A DNA stretch of 64,000 nucleotides from an uncultured Chthonomonadaceae bacterium (GTDB taxonomy: Bacteria > Armatimonadota > Chthonomonadetes > Chthonomonadales > Chthonomonadaceae): assembly GCA_963817895.1 (NCBI GenBank), contig CAWFQB010000010.1, positions 32,001 through 96,000 of the forward strand, in the 5' to 3' direction. The position numbers were made by a program, and so were the translations under genes. Within the stretch, counting starts at the first letter, position 1; the number at the start of each line of letters is the position of its first letter. Under the pieces are notes generated by a model that saw nothing but the letters and a program-made list of their open reading frames with translations, did no database searches and was not told where the DNA came from. Of this stretch, positions 21,291-32,229 are shown one piece after another.

Positions 21291-21567
21291 CTTAGACGCT
21301 GCTGATGCGCGTCGGTAACGTATCATTCCTCACGAAACGAACGCTACTTTTGTTGGCGGACGGGCAACACATAGTTTTATCGCCTACAAGCGCCAATGTC
21401 CGCCGAAGATGCCGGAGACATAATCTCTATTCCATCATTCGCGCTGTCAATAGAGGATTCCTGCCGCCGAAAATTTCACAGCAAATATTTTTCAGACTGA
21501 TCTTTCCTTTATCATCGTCCCAAGTTTCTACTCGCTGATTTCTGAATCCATTCGCGTGTATTCGCAT

Positions 21568-22644
21568 TCATTCGCGGCTAAATTTCAAATCCTGACGGCT
21601 GGCGGATTGCGCATTGGTATCGCAGGTGGCGGTCAGGGTCACATCGCCAAGCACAGCGGCTTCCGGGTACAACGCCCAGAACACTTCGCCGTTGACATCA
21701 TCCCGTTCGCCGTTCGCGGCGGTAATCCGCCCCGGCAGCTTGACCGCGATAAACAGGGACGCGCTCGGCGTCGTATCCTCCTTATCGGCCTTGTCGTTCC
21801 CCGGTTCGGGTTGCGCGCCCATCGGCCCCGCGTTTTTGGTTTGTGAGGTCAGGCTGAACAACGAACTGTGGATGATGCTTCGCGCCATGCTCCGCCGCTG
21901 CTCGGCTGTCATTTGTGCGCCAAACTTCGCTTCGATATGTTGCTCAAGCGTGGCCCCAATTCGCTGCTGGACGCGCCGTTCCACAAGTTCCGGGCTGGAC
22001 ATCAGGGAGGACAACTGCGAAATCAGCGGATCGCCCGGCCCGAACATCACATGCCACAAATCGCGTATGGATTGGGCAGCAAGGCTGCGGGCGTTAGCTT
22101 CGGTAGCGAGGGCAGGCGGCAGCGCCTTTTTGAACGCGACGATCATGTCGGCATCCGGCGTTAAACTTTTGGGAACCGGCCCCTTCCAGTGGATGGTTTC
22201 CGTGTATTTGAAAACACCCGGCGCGGTTTTTTGCACCGTTACCTCGTTGACGGCAGTAGGCATGGGTTGCTTTTTGCCGCCCTTCACCGTAATGTCGCCG
22301 CGCAGGGTTTCGCCCGGTTCCAAGGCGCGTTCCGCGACAACTACGGCCTCGTCTTTGGTATCTTCGTGTGTTACTTTCCAGCCCGCCCCGGTCGGCAGCA
22401 CAAACGCCTCGCTGATGGTCGTACCCATCGCGCTTCCATCTTTCTCCGGCTTGCTACCGTGAAAGGTCACTTTGCGCGTCCACGAACCGTTCGGGCGCAC
22501 GGTAGTTGTCGCCACGCCCCGCGCGCAGCCGCCGAGCAGTCCGCCGACGCCTGCCGCCAACGTTATGCCTGCCAACATCCGGCCCATGCGCCGCGTCCGG
22601 TTATAGCAAATCTCATTCCGAGTTCCTGCCGCTATCCATGTCAT
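21568..22644 (-). CDS. hypothetical lipoprotein
   Basis: Lipobox LLGGC after a hydrophobic leader. Confidence 0.65.
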   Translation of the reverse strand: MTWIAAGTRNEICYNRTRRMGRMLAGITLAAGVGGLLGGCARGVATTTVRPNGSWTRKVTFHGSKPEKDGSAMGTTISEAFVLPTGAGWKVTHEDTKDEAVVVAERALEPGETLRGDITVKGGKKQPMPTAVNEVTVQKTAPGVFKYTETIHWKGPVPKSLTPDADMIVAFKKALPPALATEANARSLAAQSIRDLWHVMFGPGDPLISQLSSLMSSPELVERRVQQRIGATLEQHIEAKFGAQMTAEQRRSMARSIIHSSLFSLTSQTKNAGPMGAQPEPGNDKADKEDTTPSASLFIAVKLPGRITAANGERDDVNGEVFWALYPEAAVLGDVTLTATCDTNAQSASRQDLKFSRE

Positions 22645-22951
22645 TTTTCATCCTCCTGAACATCAAACAGAAATCGTCACTGGTTCGCAACAGAGCTAAG
22701 GATGCTGTTGGAGCAGGATTGGCTTATTATTGCCGGTATTTATGCCTGAACACAGGTGTTGAGGGCATGTTTCTTTCGCCGCGCTGTCGGCAAGGTTCGC
22801 GCTAAGAGCGGCATTTCCCTGCTGAAAATTCCGCTAACTTTCACGTTGTTTAATGCGTCTTAACTATTGTGCGGCCTGTGTGGGTTGGCACGTAATGGCT
22901 CGCGCAATTCCGTCTGCGCCCGCTTCCATATTGTAATTTGCATGGAGGAGT

Positions 22952-23857
22952 TTGACGATGAGACGATTTAAGAGTTTGGTTACAACCGGGGTGGCATTTG
23001 CGGCATTGTCAAGTATTGGGCTGTACGCCGAAACAGCAGCGCAGGCGCAGGACGGCGGCTATCAGGTGGGCGAAAAGACGCAGGACAAGACCATAGACGC
23101 GCCCCGTAAAGATACCGCTATGCCGGACAACGCGCGCCGAACAGAAGAAAAACGTCTGGCGCGTATCGAATATGTGAGCGGCAAGGTGACGTGGCGGGCT
23201 GATGACGCGGCGAAGTGGAACAAGGCCACCACGCATCTCGCGCTACGGGAGGGGGCGCAAATATGGGCCGAAGAGGGCGGTCGGGCGGAAGTCCGCTTTG
23301 ACGACGGCAGCCTGCTGCGTTTGGGAAACGATGCGGTCGCGACGCTGCAAACTTTTTCCAGTGACGACAAGGGCGAGTACACGCGGATCAAACTGCTTTC
23401 CGGCGTGGCGACGCTGGTTCCCAAAGTGGAATATTCCGTCTATCAGATAGACACGCCGTTCAATTCCGTTACGGCAAGCGGGCCGGGGCGAATACGTATC
23501 GGCGTCGGCAACGCCGTAGAAGTGGGCGTTCGATCCGGCAGAGCGGTTGTGGAGGGCGGCAGCGCGGGTAGGAGTACGCTGTACGCCGGAGATTTTGTTG
23601 CCACGCGGGCGGCGGATACCTCCTATACCGTCCGCAATCTGCCTTCTGAAGACAGTTGGGAACGCTGGAACAACGACCGCGACCATATTGTAAACCGCGA
23701 TCCAGTGTACGTGGGACGTCCCGCGCCGGTTTATGTGCCTGCCTATCCAGCGTATGAGCCGTCGTTCTGGTTCTCGCTGAATTTCCCTTTCGGCGGCGGC
23801 TATTACCGACCTCACTATTACGGCTATGGCCGGGGCGCTCACGGCTACCGCCGCTAA
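22952..23857 (+). CDS. FecR-domain secreted protein
   Basis: Signal peptide; LREGAQIWAEEGGRAEVRFDDGSLLRLG FecR motif. A terminator hairpin follows at about 23885-23912. Confidence 0.75.
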   Translation: MTMRRFKSLVTTGVAFAALSSIGLYAETAAQAQDGGYQVGEKTQDKTIDAPRKDTAMPDNARRTEEKRLARIEYVSGKVTWRADDAAKWNKATTHLALREGAQIWAEEGGRAEVRFDDGSLLRLGNDAVATLQTFSSDDKGEYTRIKLLSGVATLVPKVEYSVYQIDTPFNSVTASGPGRIRIGVGNAVEVGVRSGRAVVEGGSAGRSTLYAGDFVATRAADTSYTVRNLPSEDSWERWNNDRDHIVNRDPVYVGRPAPVYVPAYPAYEPSFWFSLNFPFGGGYYRPHYYGYGRGAHGYRR

Positions 23858-24049
23858 AACATGTTGCGGCTTTAATGACCTCATGAGGGCGTCCACAAGT
23901 GGACGCCCCCTCTGTTTCACAAAACCTATCAAGATTGAAGTAAAAGAGCAAAGCAGAAGTACGGAACATGGAAAAGGGGCTAATCTCGAACTTTGCGTTG
24001 GGAGTGAAAGGGACAGCAAATGCTTGTTCAGTCCTTTTCACTCTCCGCC

Positions 24050-24616
24050 TCAATACGCTGCCGTTCCTGCTGCATTGCGGTACATTATCAGGCCGGACGG
24101 CTGAAAAATCTCGTTGCCCTGTTCCGCCAGTTGCAGCAGTCCGGCTTTGTCGCGCGACAGAGCCAGCCGCTCATATAGCAGGGAAGCGATCTGCCGTTCC
24201 AACTCCCGCGTAGACCAGTTCGCTTTGACACATTCCGCCTCGTAAAAGCTACGCGATTTGGCTTTCGCTTTCCGCGCAATAATGCGATAATGCGTCCAAC
24301 TCAATTCGAGACGCAGTGCTTCTCGGATTGGAAAGGCGATATAAAATACGCGCATGTGTTGCAAATTAGTGCGGTCGAAGCCCTTGCCAAACTCTTTCGT
24401 CAACCGCGTGGCAAGTTCTTCGAGCAGGTAGGTTCCATACTCAGCCTTTGTCTTTCCGCGTTGTTCTTCCTCAACAATCTCGCGCCCAATCTCCCAATAC
24501 GCGCGTACCATCTCGGCATTAACCGCCTGTAACGCCTGATGACGCCCGCGTTTGAGGATGTCACGGATACGCTGATAAACCGGATCAAAGTTGTCTGGTT
24601 TGGATAGGTTTGACAT
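24050..24616 (-). pseudogene. YhcG/DUF1016 N-terminal domain only (C-terminal nuclease missing)
   Basis: AYWEIGREIVEEEQRG...LSWTHYRII...NWSTRELERQIASLLYER, then similarity ends. Confidence 0.8.
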
Positions 24617-25128
24617 GGTGCGCAGACTTTCATATAATTTACAATTGCATTATTTAACATACTGATATTACCAGTATCGAAGATTTTACACGCGCAAAAT
24701 ATGCGAACCCTACTGACACGGAATTTTAGCATCAAGTGACGATTTCGAGAAATGCCCAAAAGCAAGGATTTATTTCGTATCGGGCAATCCCTCCAACTCT
24801 ATTTGTATATTTACGCGCAAGTGCCTGTAATCGCTTATACTCTTGCGGATCATCTGCGAAACGAAAGTCATTGGTATTAACTTCAATTCCCAAAAAAGAT
24901 AGGGTGCAAAGTTGCTCGATTGTTGCCTGCATATCCCCTGTTGCAACGCCAGCGTCAGCCAAAAACTGTTCGGTTTGTGGATGAGAAACGTGTATGTCAC
25001 TTCCCATAAACTGATAAACGATATCGTCTAATGCAGAAATTTTTGGTTGCATTTCAACCTTCAAACTCTCCCATGCGTAACTCGAGTATTGAACCTCGGC
25101 AGCAAAAATATCTGCTTGTTCTACCTTA

Positions 25129-26257
25129 TGGACAAATCAGTTAAACATGGTACACTGAGGTATGAGCCAACGAACTTTTCACCTCAATGAAGCCGACGCC
25201 AACGCATTGAACGCTGCATACCTGCATTGCAAGGATGCTAACACTAAAAGCCGCTACCAAGCTGTTCGTCTGTATGGCTTGGGCTACTCTGTTGCCGAAA
25301 TCCAAGACATCTGCGGGTGTAGCCGTACTCGCCTATTCTGCTGGACACGCGCCTATCAGGAACACGGCCTCACCGCGCTCGTGGATGCCCGACGCGGCGG
25401 CAACCGGGCGCGTCTATCGGGCGAACAACTCGAAGCCTTGCAGAACCAGTTGCATCGCTACACTCCCACTCAGTTGTTGGGCAAGGAGAAATGTCAGGGG
25501 GACGGGCAGTTTTGGAGTGTCTCCGATCTTGTCACCCTCTTAGCCCGTGACTACAACGTTGTATACCAGAGCCGGACGTCCTTACGCACCCTGCTGCGTA
25601 CCTGCGAGATGAGCTACCAGCGTCCTGAGAAACAATATAAGAGCCACAACGCGACCAAGCTCATGGAATTCGAGAAACACCTGGAAAAAAAATCCTCGAT
25701 GTGGCGTTAAACGCGCCCAAGACGATCTTACTCGCGGGCGACGAAGCCAGCGCGTACCTGCAAGCCACCTTGATGCGCGTGTGGGCCAAGAAAGGCCACA
25801 CGCCGGTTGTGCCCGTAAGTGCCAGTCGGGACAACACGCACTTCTACGGAGCACTCAATATGGCAACCGGCAAGGAAACCCTGTTGCGCTCCGCCTTGAT
25901 GAACAGCGAGGTATCCGCCTTGTTCTTGCAGAAGTTGCTCGACGCCTACCCGAACTTACCTCTTCTGCTGTTATGGGATCGCGCTCCCTGGCACAAAGGC
26001 GAAGCGGTTCGCGCGGTTCTGGAAGCGAACCCGCGCTTGGAAGTCCTGTGGTTTCCACCCGGTTGCCCGGAGTTGAACCCGCAGGAACATGTCTGGAAAG
26101 CCGCCAGAAAAGCGGTCGGACACAACCATCAATGTGCGACGCTTGCCGTTTTAGCTGAAGAGTTCGAAACCTACTTGAAGACAGCAGAATTTCCTTGCTC
26201 GCTTCTGGAACAGCACAACTTTCCAGTGCTATGTACCATGTTTAACTGATTAGTCCA
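25129..26257 (+). mobile_element. IS630-family insertion sequence
   Basis: 26-bp terminal inverted repeats tggac(a/t)aatcagttaaacatggtaca with one mismatch, enclosing HTH and DDE ORFs. Confidence 0.92.
25162..26249 (+). CDS. IS630 transposase (two ORFs, -1 frameshift at A8 tract 25685-25692)
   Basis: HTH ORF 25162-25710 and DDE ORF (GDEA, WDRAPWH, PELNPQE) in the -1 frame. Confidence 0.9.
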
Positions 26258-27637
26258 TGAGTATGTTTTCGGTTTACAGCAGTACCTATGGCTTCCTTGA
26301 CAAGGTATACTAAATCGCGGGGGCGCGGTAGTACACGCTGGAGAAGGTAATCCTTTACAGGTATGCCTGAAACATCGCTGCAAAAGTATTGTTTCCAAAC
26401 TTGCTCAGGTAGCAAACCATCTCTGGACGATACAGTAAGCCTTTCTTCTATTACTCGTAGTAGTAGTTCGTTGTCACTCCAATTGATTCTTTCAAAATCA
26501 ATTTTATCTGCCTCTCGTGCTACCTCGCGCACTTTGTAAAATATGTCTGACCTAAGAAAAAGGGCGAGGCTAAAGTTGATGCTTTTGTTGAAGGCATTCG
26601 CGGAACGCAACTCCAGCGTAATACGACCTGCAACACTCAGGAGTCCAAGGAGAAACTGAGCAACACCATTTATATCAGTGTTACTATCCCAAGCTTTGTC
26701 CAAGTTGTCAATCAACAAAGCTACCCGTGTTTTACGTACTAACACGTCACCTAAAACCTGCCGCAATTCATTAAGCAATTCATTGTGTAAAGCTTCAGAG
26801 ATTGCAATTCGATTGCGCTCCACGACAGAAAAATTTATTGTGCTTGTTGTTGCAAGCAGTTGACTGATGCAACGCTCGAGACGTACCGCGAAATCTTCCG
26901 CTAACATCCCATTGTCACGATCTAGAAGATCGAACAACCGTTGCTCATATTTGTCTTGTGGGTAAAGTGAGCGCTCACGAAGTTGAGCGCCTACTGTTCT
27001 GGCAATTTCCGAGTATAACAGAAATTTCCACAAACTTTCGACTGCATACCCTTTTGTGTCTTGCTGTGTATACTGAGATAAAAGTTTAACTAAACTTTGA
27101 ATCTCGTAGGCTACAGGCTTAATAAGACACACTACGTTGCGTTTATCACTTTGAAGTTGAGAAGCAAGTTTGATGCAATTAGCTGATTTCCCACTACCCT
27201 TTCGCCCGACAAAGATAGTGTGCGTACCTAACAAAGCATCTTGATAGGCAGAAGTCTCAACAAAGTAACTATCAAGAGTTTCCACCTCGTTCTCAGCAAA
27301 AGGATCACCAACATGCAACTTCTTGAGCTGCGTAGCCAGCCTCACTGTATCAGAGTAGATTTTGTGGGCATTCTGATCTTGCGAGGACGATTCTTCAACA
27401 GGTACAATCCACTCATTGAAATAGTTTACTAATTCATTTGCCTGATGATAGTGTTTCAGTAATTCCCTATAATCTATAGGAGAAACGTAATCACCTTCTG
27501 AAAGCATTAAGAGAGGCTTACCCATACCATAAGCTAGACCAGCAGCCAAGGCATATCCCTGTGTGCCACAATAGGTTGAGACAAAATCCCGTACACGAAA
27601 TAGTGTAGATCGCCAGGGCGGAGAATGGATTTCTCAG

Positions 27638-28084
27638 ATGAATACGCCGTTGACAGACAGCCCAACCACTCGCCTCACCAACAATGGACACCACAGCGCG
27701 CCCTCCCCCGCGCTGCGCCCGGAGGCGCAGGTGCAAACGCGCCCCACGCGCCGCCGCTTTACCGCTGCGTACAAGCTGCGCATCCTTAAAGAAGCCGACG
27801 CCTGCGTCAAGCCGGGAGAGTTGGGGGCGCTGCTTCGCCGCGAAGGGCTGTACTCCTCCACGCTTGCCAACTTCCGCAAACTGCGCGAGGCGGGTCAGTT
27901 GGGCGAGAAGAACTCTGCCCAGGCGCAGAAGCAGCGCAAAGACAAAGAAGCCGCCCGCCAACGCGATGCCCGCAGGATGGCCGCTCTGGAAACCGAGAAC
28001 CAGAAACTGCGCGTTCTGCTGGAACTCCAAAAAAAAGTAGCGGCCTTGCTCGACCTGACACTGGAAGAAACGCCGCCCGAATAA
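27638..28084 (+). CDS. IS3 transposase OrfA
   Basis: RRRFTAAYKLRILKEADAC...GALLRREGLYSS. Confidence 0.9.
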   Translation: MNTPLTDSPTTRLTNNGHHSAPSPALRPEAQVQTRPTRRRFTAAYKLRILKEADACVKPGELGALLRREGLYSSTLANFRKLREAGQLGEKNSAQAQKQRKDKEAARQRDARRMAALETENQKLRVLLELQKKVAALLDLTLEETPPE

Positions 28085-29112
28085 GCCTGGTTGCCGAAGC
28101 GGGCGCAACGACCGGGATTGGCCGCGCCTGTGATGCGGTGCAACTGAGCCGCGCCCGCTTCTACCGGGAGCAACACGCTGGTACGGGCACAATCCAAGAA
28201 GGCGTCCTTGTTCCCAAAGCACAACGGGGTTCTCCTCGCCGCTTGTCGGAAGAGGAACGCGCCCTGTTGCTCAATCTACTCTTGTCGGAACGCTTTGTAG
28301 ACGCTTCGCCCCGGCAGGTGTATGCGCAATTGCTGCAAGAAGGCGTGTATCACGCTTCCTATCGCACGATGTATCGCCTGCTGCACGAACACCAAGCCAT
28401 CTGTGAGCGTCGGCGGGTTCGCAGGCATCCGGCGTATAGCAAACCTGAACTTAAGGCAACCGGCCCTAATCAGGTGTGGACATGGGACATCACCTACTTG
28501 AAGACGCCCATTCGGGGTCGCTTCTATTACTTATATGTGGTTATGGACATCTACAGTCGTTATGTGGTCGGCTGGATGCTCGCAGACCGGGAGTGTCAAT
28601 ACCTGGCGCACAAGCTGCTGCAAGAAACCTGTCGTAAATACAACATCGCGCCTAACCAACTCACCCTCCATGCGGATCGCGGCGGGCCGATGAAAAGCCA
28701 GTCGGTAGCGCAGCTCTTACTTTCGTTGCAGGTGACCCGTTCGCACAGCCGCCCGCGTGTCAGCAACGACAACCCGTACTCGGAAGCCGGGTTCAAAACG
28801 ATGAAGTACAGCGCCTACTTCCCGGAGCGCTTTAGCAGCCAGGAAGACGCGCAGACGTTCTGCCAGGACTACTTTGTCGGGTACAATACGTGCCACCACC
28901 ATACCGGCTTGGTGTTGCTTACGCCCGAACAGGTGCATTTCGGCGAAGCAACGCAGGTATTGGCGCAGCGGCAAGTCACGTTAGATAACGCCTATGCCGC
29001 GCATCCGCAACGCTTTCGAGAGCGTCCGCAGGCGGGGCAGTTACCCAACGTCGTCTGGATCAATGCGCCTGCGTTGCCCGTTGGCGAAGGCACAGCACCG
29101 GTTGCCGGTTGA
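28081..29112 (+). CDS. IS3 transposase OrfB (rve integrase)
   Basis: WTWDITY, LHADRG and SNDNPYSEA DDE motifs. Start approximate. Confidence 0.9.
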   Translation: MSLVAEAGATTGIGRACDAVQLSRARFYREQHAGTGTIQEGVLVPKAQRGSPRRLSEEERALLLNLLLSERFVDASPRQVYAQLLQEGVYHASYRTMYRLLHEHQAICERRRVRRHPAYSKPELKATGPNQVWTWDITYLKTPIRGRFYYLYVVMDIYSRYVVGWMLADRECQYLAHKLLQETCRKYNIAPNQLTLHADRGGPMKSQSVAQLLLSLQVTRSHSRPRVSNDNPYSEAGFKTMKYSAYFPERFSSQEDAQTFCQDYFVGYNTCHHHTGLVLLTPEQVHFGEATQVLAQRQVTLDNAYAAHPQRFRERPQAGQLPNVVWINAPALPVGEGTAPVAG

Positions 29113-29189
29113 GTGGCGAGGAATGACTGCTCGCTACATAAAAATACTTTCGCTTTTTGTCTCAAAATCCTTGACACATTCCGGGCTTG

Positions 29190-29266
29190 GGCGAAGCAGT
29201 TGAAGGCGTCGTTTAAGTCTTCGCGGGGGTGCATCGCGCTTGGCATGGGGCGAATGCGAGATTTGC
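29190..29266 (-). repeat. degenerate duplicate of the kbl 3' end
   Basis: 66/77 nt identical to 31041-31117 (manual count). Encodes KSRIRPMPSAMHPREDLNDAFNCFA. Confidence 0.9.
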
Positions 29267-29466
29267 TGCGTCCCGTATGTTACAATGATAATGTAGTCCC
29301 TGATGGAGTCCCATCTTGCGGCAACTCGGTGCATGATGTCAGGGCCAGAAGGTCAATTGTGAGGCGTTCCCATCTAGGAACGCCTCACATAATTGGTGTG
29401 GCATAGCCACACCATTTGCTTACACGAACTTCATCTTGTTCAAGATGGAAGAACATAGCTGTCACC

Positions 29467-30183
29467 CTAGACCATTGTTCTTTCGCGTAGGAAGGTGATA
29501 GCTCGATGGCGAAGTAGAAACACGAAAATACTTGTCGCAGCACTAACAAGAAGTGCAACACCATCAGCTTCTGGCACTGTCGCAGGTTCAAGCGTTACAC
29601 TGATGTCATCGAAAAAGGTCAGATGCTCCTCGTTGGGCAATGCGAACACAGAAAACTCCAACTTTGTGCTGCTTGAGGCAGCAAGTAGATGGCTAAAGAT
29701 ATACTGGCGATAGGCCGCGCCACCAGAGCCTGTAAAGGAAATTACGATTGGTGTTGGGGTTACAGGTTGGTCGCCAAATGTCACTGTCAACGGGCCGTCA
29801 AACGTTATTCCGTTTCCCGTATAGTTGAATGTGTTGTCGGTATAAAAACTCAGTTCATAAGTGCGGCCGGGAATCGTGTTCAGAGTTTGGGCAATAGCAC
29901 TGGAATCAGGAATAGCCTCCATGCTATTCAATAGGTACGCCGACTTTTGCCCTGAGTGGGCATAACCAACTGAATAGTAAGCCACGGCAATGCCACTGGT
30001 TGTTGTCCAGGCGCTGTCTCCAAAATCTGCTTGGTCTGGATAGTTGCTTGCATAATGAAAGGTGGGTACAGCTTGCTCAAATCCTGGATCAACTACGAGG
30101 TTCTGGGCTTGCACAGTAGATGCTAAAGTAAGATAGCAAAGTAAGAGGACAAAAGTGCTGTAACGCATCAGAATATTCTCCAA
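29467..30183 (-). CDS. PEP-CTERM-like surface protein with carbohydrate-binding-like domain
   Basis: Signal peptide, NLVVDPGFE, IAQTLNTIPGRTYELSF, FDDISV, then VPEADG-TM-basic tail. Confidence 0.75.
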   Translation of the reverse strand: MENILMRYSTFVLLLCYLTLASTVQAQNLVVDPGFEQAVPTFHYASNYPDQADFGDSAWTTTSGIAVAYYSVGYAHSGQKSAYLLNSMEAIPDSSAIAQTLNTIPGRTYELSFYTDNTFNYTGNGITFDGPLTVTFGDQPVTPTPIVISFTGSGGAAYRQYIFSHLLAASSSTKLEFSVFALPNEEHLTFFDDISVTLEPATVPEADGVALLVSAATSIFVFLLRHRAITFLRERTMV

Positions 30184-30301
30184 AAGTCAGCGACCCAGAA
30201 GCGAGAGAAGTTATAAGGTAACTTTTGCTCCTGCTCCAACAAGTATACGTACAATATCAGCATGTCCTCTGTTTAATGCGTTGGATAAAGGAGTCACGCC
30301 T

Positions 30302-30508
30302 TTACACAAACAGCAGGCGTCCGGCACCACCGAATCGGGCTTCCCACACCGCTACACCATGAATTTTCTTAACGCGCAAGCCACTGTCGTATTGCTCCTA
30401 CTCCAATTTACGCAGAGCCTCGAAAACCTCCCCTGCTCGCGCAGAGTCGGTTGCGGCAAGATCGCAATAGGATTTTAGAAACGCACTGGAAAAGAGGAGG
30501 GTAGCCAT
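30302..30508 (-). pseudogene. RelE/ParE-like toxin remnant with internal TAG
   Basis: Manual translation MATLLFSSAFLKSY...LRKLE*EQYDSGLRVKKIHGVAVWEARFGGAGRLLFV*. Confidence 0.55.
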
Positions 30509-30581
30509 GTTTGCTGCTCAACATAAGGATGGGAAGATTTTGCAACCAATCGAACAGGGATTTTACTGTTGAAGTGCGTTC

Positions 30582-30610
30582 ATTATAAACAATCGGCGCG
30601 GTTATGTCAA
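30582..30610 (-). promoter_or_regulatory. consensus sigma70 promoter
   Basis: TTGACA-N17-TATAAT exact match. Confidence 0.8.
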
Positions 30611-30661
30611 GCCGTTCACTGTTATTTTCTTATGACGTAACTAGTTCATTGTGGTAATTCG

Positions 30662-30910
30662 TCAAATACGACCGACTGCGCAATGTCCCACGCGCACAGA
30701 CCATATCTGTGCATCATCATTACTGTCGAAAAGTTGTTGCGCGGCGGAGAGTATATCCTGCCCCATCGCGTAATTACCAGTCTCAATGTCAATAGCGACA
30801 ATTTTGCCTTTGCTATCCGCTTCAACATGCGGGCGAATATCGCGCTCGTAGAGTTCCGTACCCCGGCGGGCAAACTCTTCCTTACTGTAACGAGGTTGTC
30901 TGACTTCCAT
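30662..30910 (-). CDS. small conserved hypothetical protein
   Basis: PRYSKEEFARRG...GKIVAIDIETG, recognised as a family common in cyanobacteria. Confidence 0.7.
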   Translation of the reverse strand: MEVRQPRYSKEEFARRGTELYERDIRPHVEADSKGKIVAIDIETGNYAMGQDILSAAQQLFDSNDDAQIWSVRVGHCAVGRI

Positions 30911-31010
30911 AGCCTACTTCCTGTATTCTTGCCAACTTATTTAGCGCGACTTCTGCTGTCAGTGCAGATTGCCCGGAAAGCGTCTAGACAATCTGCATTT
31001 TACGTGTCAG

Positions 31011-32192
31011 TTAGATAATGCCTAGCTTCTTGCCAGCTGTGGCGAAGGCGTTGAGGGCGTCGTCTAAGTCTTCGCGGGTGTGCATGGCGCTTGGCATGGT
31101 GCGGATACGGGCTTTGCCCCTGCCGACGGTGGGGAACACGATTGCCAGCGCGAGGACGCCCTCCTCAAACAAATCGCGCTGTAATTGCTGCGCTTTGCCC
31201 TCGTCGCCCACCATGACCGGCGTAATCGGCGTTTCCGATATGCCCGTATCGAAGCCCAATGCCCCCAACCCCTGTTTCCAGTAGCGCGCGTTTTCCCACA
31301 GCCGTTCAGTAAACGTGGGGTCGGTCTCCATCAGGTCAATGGCGGCGATGATCGCGCCTACAGCGGCGGGGGGTTGCGCGGTGCTGAACAGGAACGGACG
31401 GGCGCGTTGGACGAGCCAGTCTATGAGGTTCGCGCTGCCCGCGATGTAGCCGCCCATCACGCCTACCGCTTTCGAGAGGGTTCCCAACTGCACGTCTATT
31501 TTGTCGTGGACGCCGAAGTGAAAGGCGGTTCCCCGCCCGCCGCCCAGTACGCCTGAACCGTGCGCGTCGTCCACCATCGTTGCCGCATCATACCGTTCGG
31601 CCAGTTTCACGATGTCGGGCAGGGGCGCGATGTCGCCGTCCATTGAAAACACGCCGTCCGTGATAATCAAGCGCTTTTTGGCGTCCTGTGTGGCTTTAAG
31701 AGCGTCTTCCAAACTGTCCATGTCGTTGTGCTTGTAGATTTTGCGGGCGGCTTTGGACAGGCGAACGCCGTCAATGATGCTGGCATGGTTGAGTTCGTCC
31801 GTAATAATCGCGTCGTCGCCGTCCGTAATCGTCGGGATCACGCCCGCGTTGGCCGTAAAGCCGCTTTGAAACACCAGCGTCGCTTCGACATGCTTGAAGG
31901 CGGCCAATCGCTCTTCCAGTTCTTTGTGCAGGCGCATCGTGCCGATAATGGGGCGTACCGCGCCCGCGCCCGCGCCCCACTCCTCGACTGCCTTTATCGC
32001 GGCTGCCTTCAACTTCGGATGGTTCGCCAGTCCGAGATAGTTGTTGCTCGATAGGTTGATGATGTTAGGCTTGCCATTGACGGTAATGCGCGCCCCGGAC
32101 GGCCCCTCCATAATCGTGGGCGTTTTATATAGATGCTGATCTTTGAGCGTATCAATCTGCCCGCACAGCCAAGTTTGCAGCGTATCGTTCAT
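31011..32192 (-). CDS. kbl: glycine C-acetyltransferase / 8-amino-7-oxononanoate synthase family
   Basis: [24 protein letters not shown] and GTLSKA PLP-lysine motifs. Confidence 0.88.
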   Translation of the reverse strand: MNDTLQTWLCGQIDTLKDQHLYKTPTIMEGPSGARITVNGKPNIINLSSNNYLGLANHPKLKAAAIKAVEEWGAGAGAVRPIIGTMRLHKELEERLAAFKHVEATLVFQSGFTANAGVIPTITDGDDAIITDELNHASIIDGVRLSKAARKIYKHNDMDSLEDALKATQDAKKRLIITDGVFSMDGDIAPLPDIVKLAERYDAATMVDDAHGSGVLGGGRGTAFHFGVHDKIDVQLGTLSKAVGVMGGYIAGSANLIDWLVQRARPFLFSTAQPPAAVGAIIAAIDLMETDPTFTERLWENARYWKQGLGALGFDTGISETPITPVMVGDEGKAQQLQRDLFEEGVLALAIVFPTVGRGKARIRTMPSAMHTREDLDDALNAFATAGKKLGII

Positions 32193-32229
32193 AATATTTC
32201 CCTTTAGTTTAATATTTGTCTTTTTTCGT

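Larger units (their letters stand above)
24732..27559 (-). pseudogene. P-loop ATPase (Sll1717-like), interrupted by IS630 and 5'-truncated by IS3
   Basis: GRKGSGKS Walker A, LLIDNLD Walker B, LRSDIF and PRPRDLV motifs. Removing the IS630 joins ...RKHTH to KVEQADIF...LKVEMQ in frame. Low GC. Confidence 0.8.
27560..29183 (+). mobile_element. IS3-family insertion sequence
   Basis: orfA/orfB organisation with imperfect ends tgtgccacaataggttgagaca / tgtctcaaaatccttgacaca. No target duplication seen. Confidence 0.85.
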
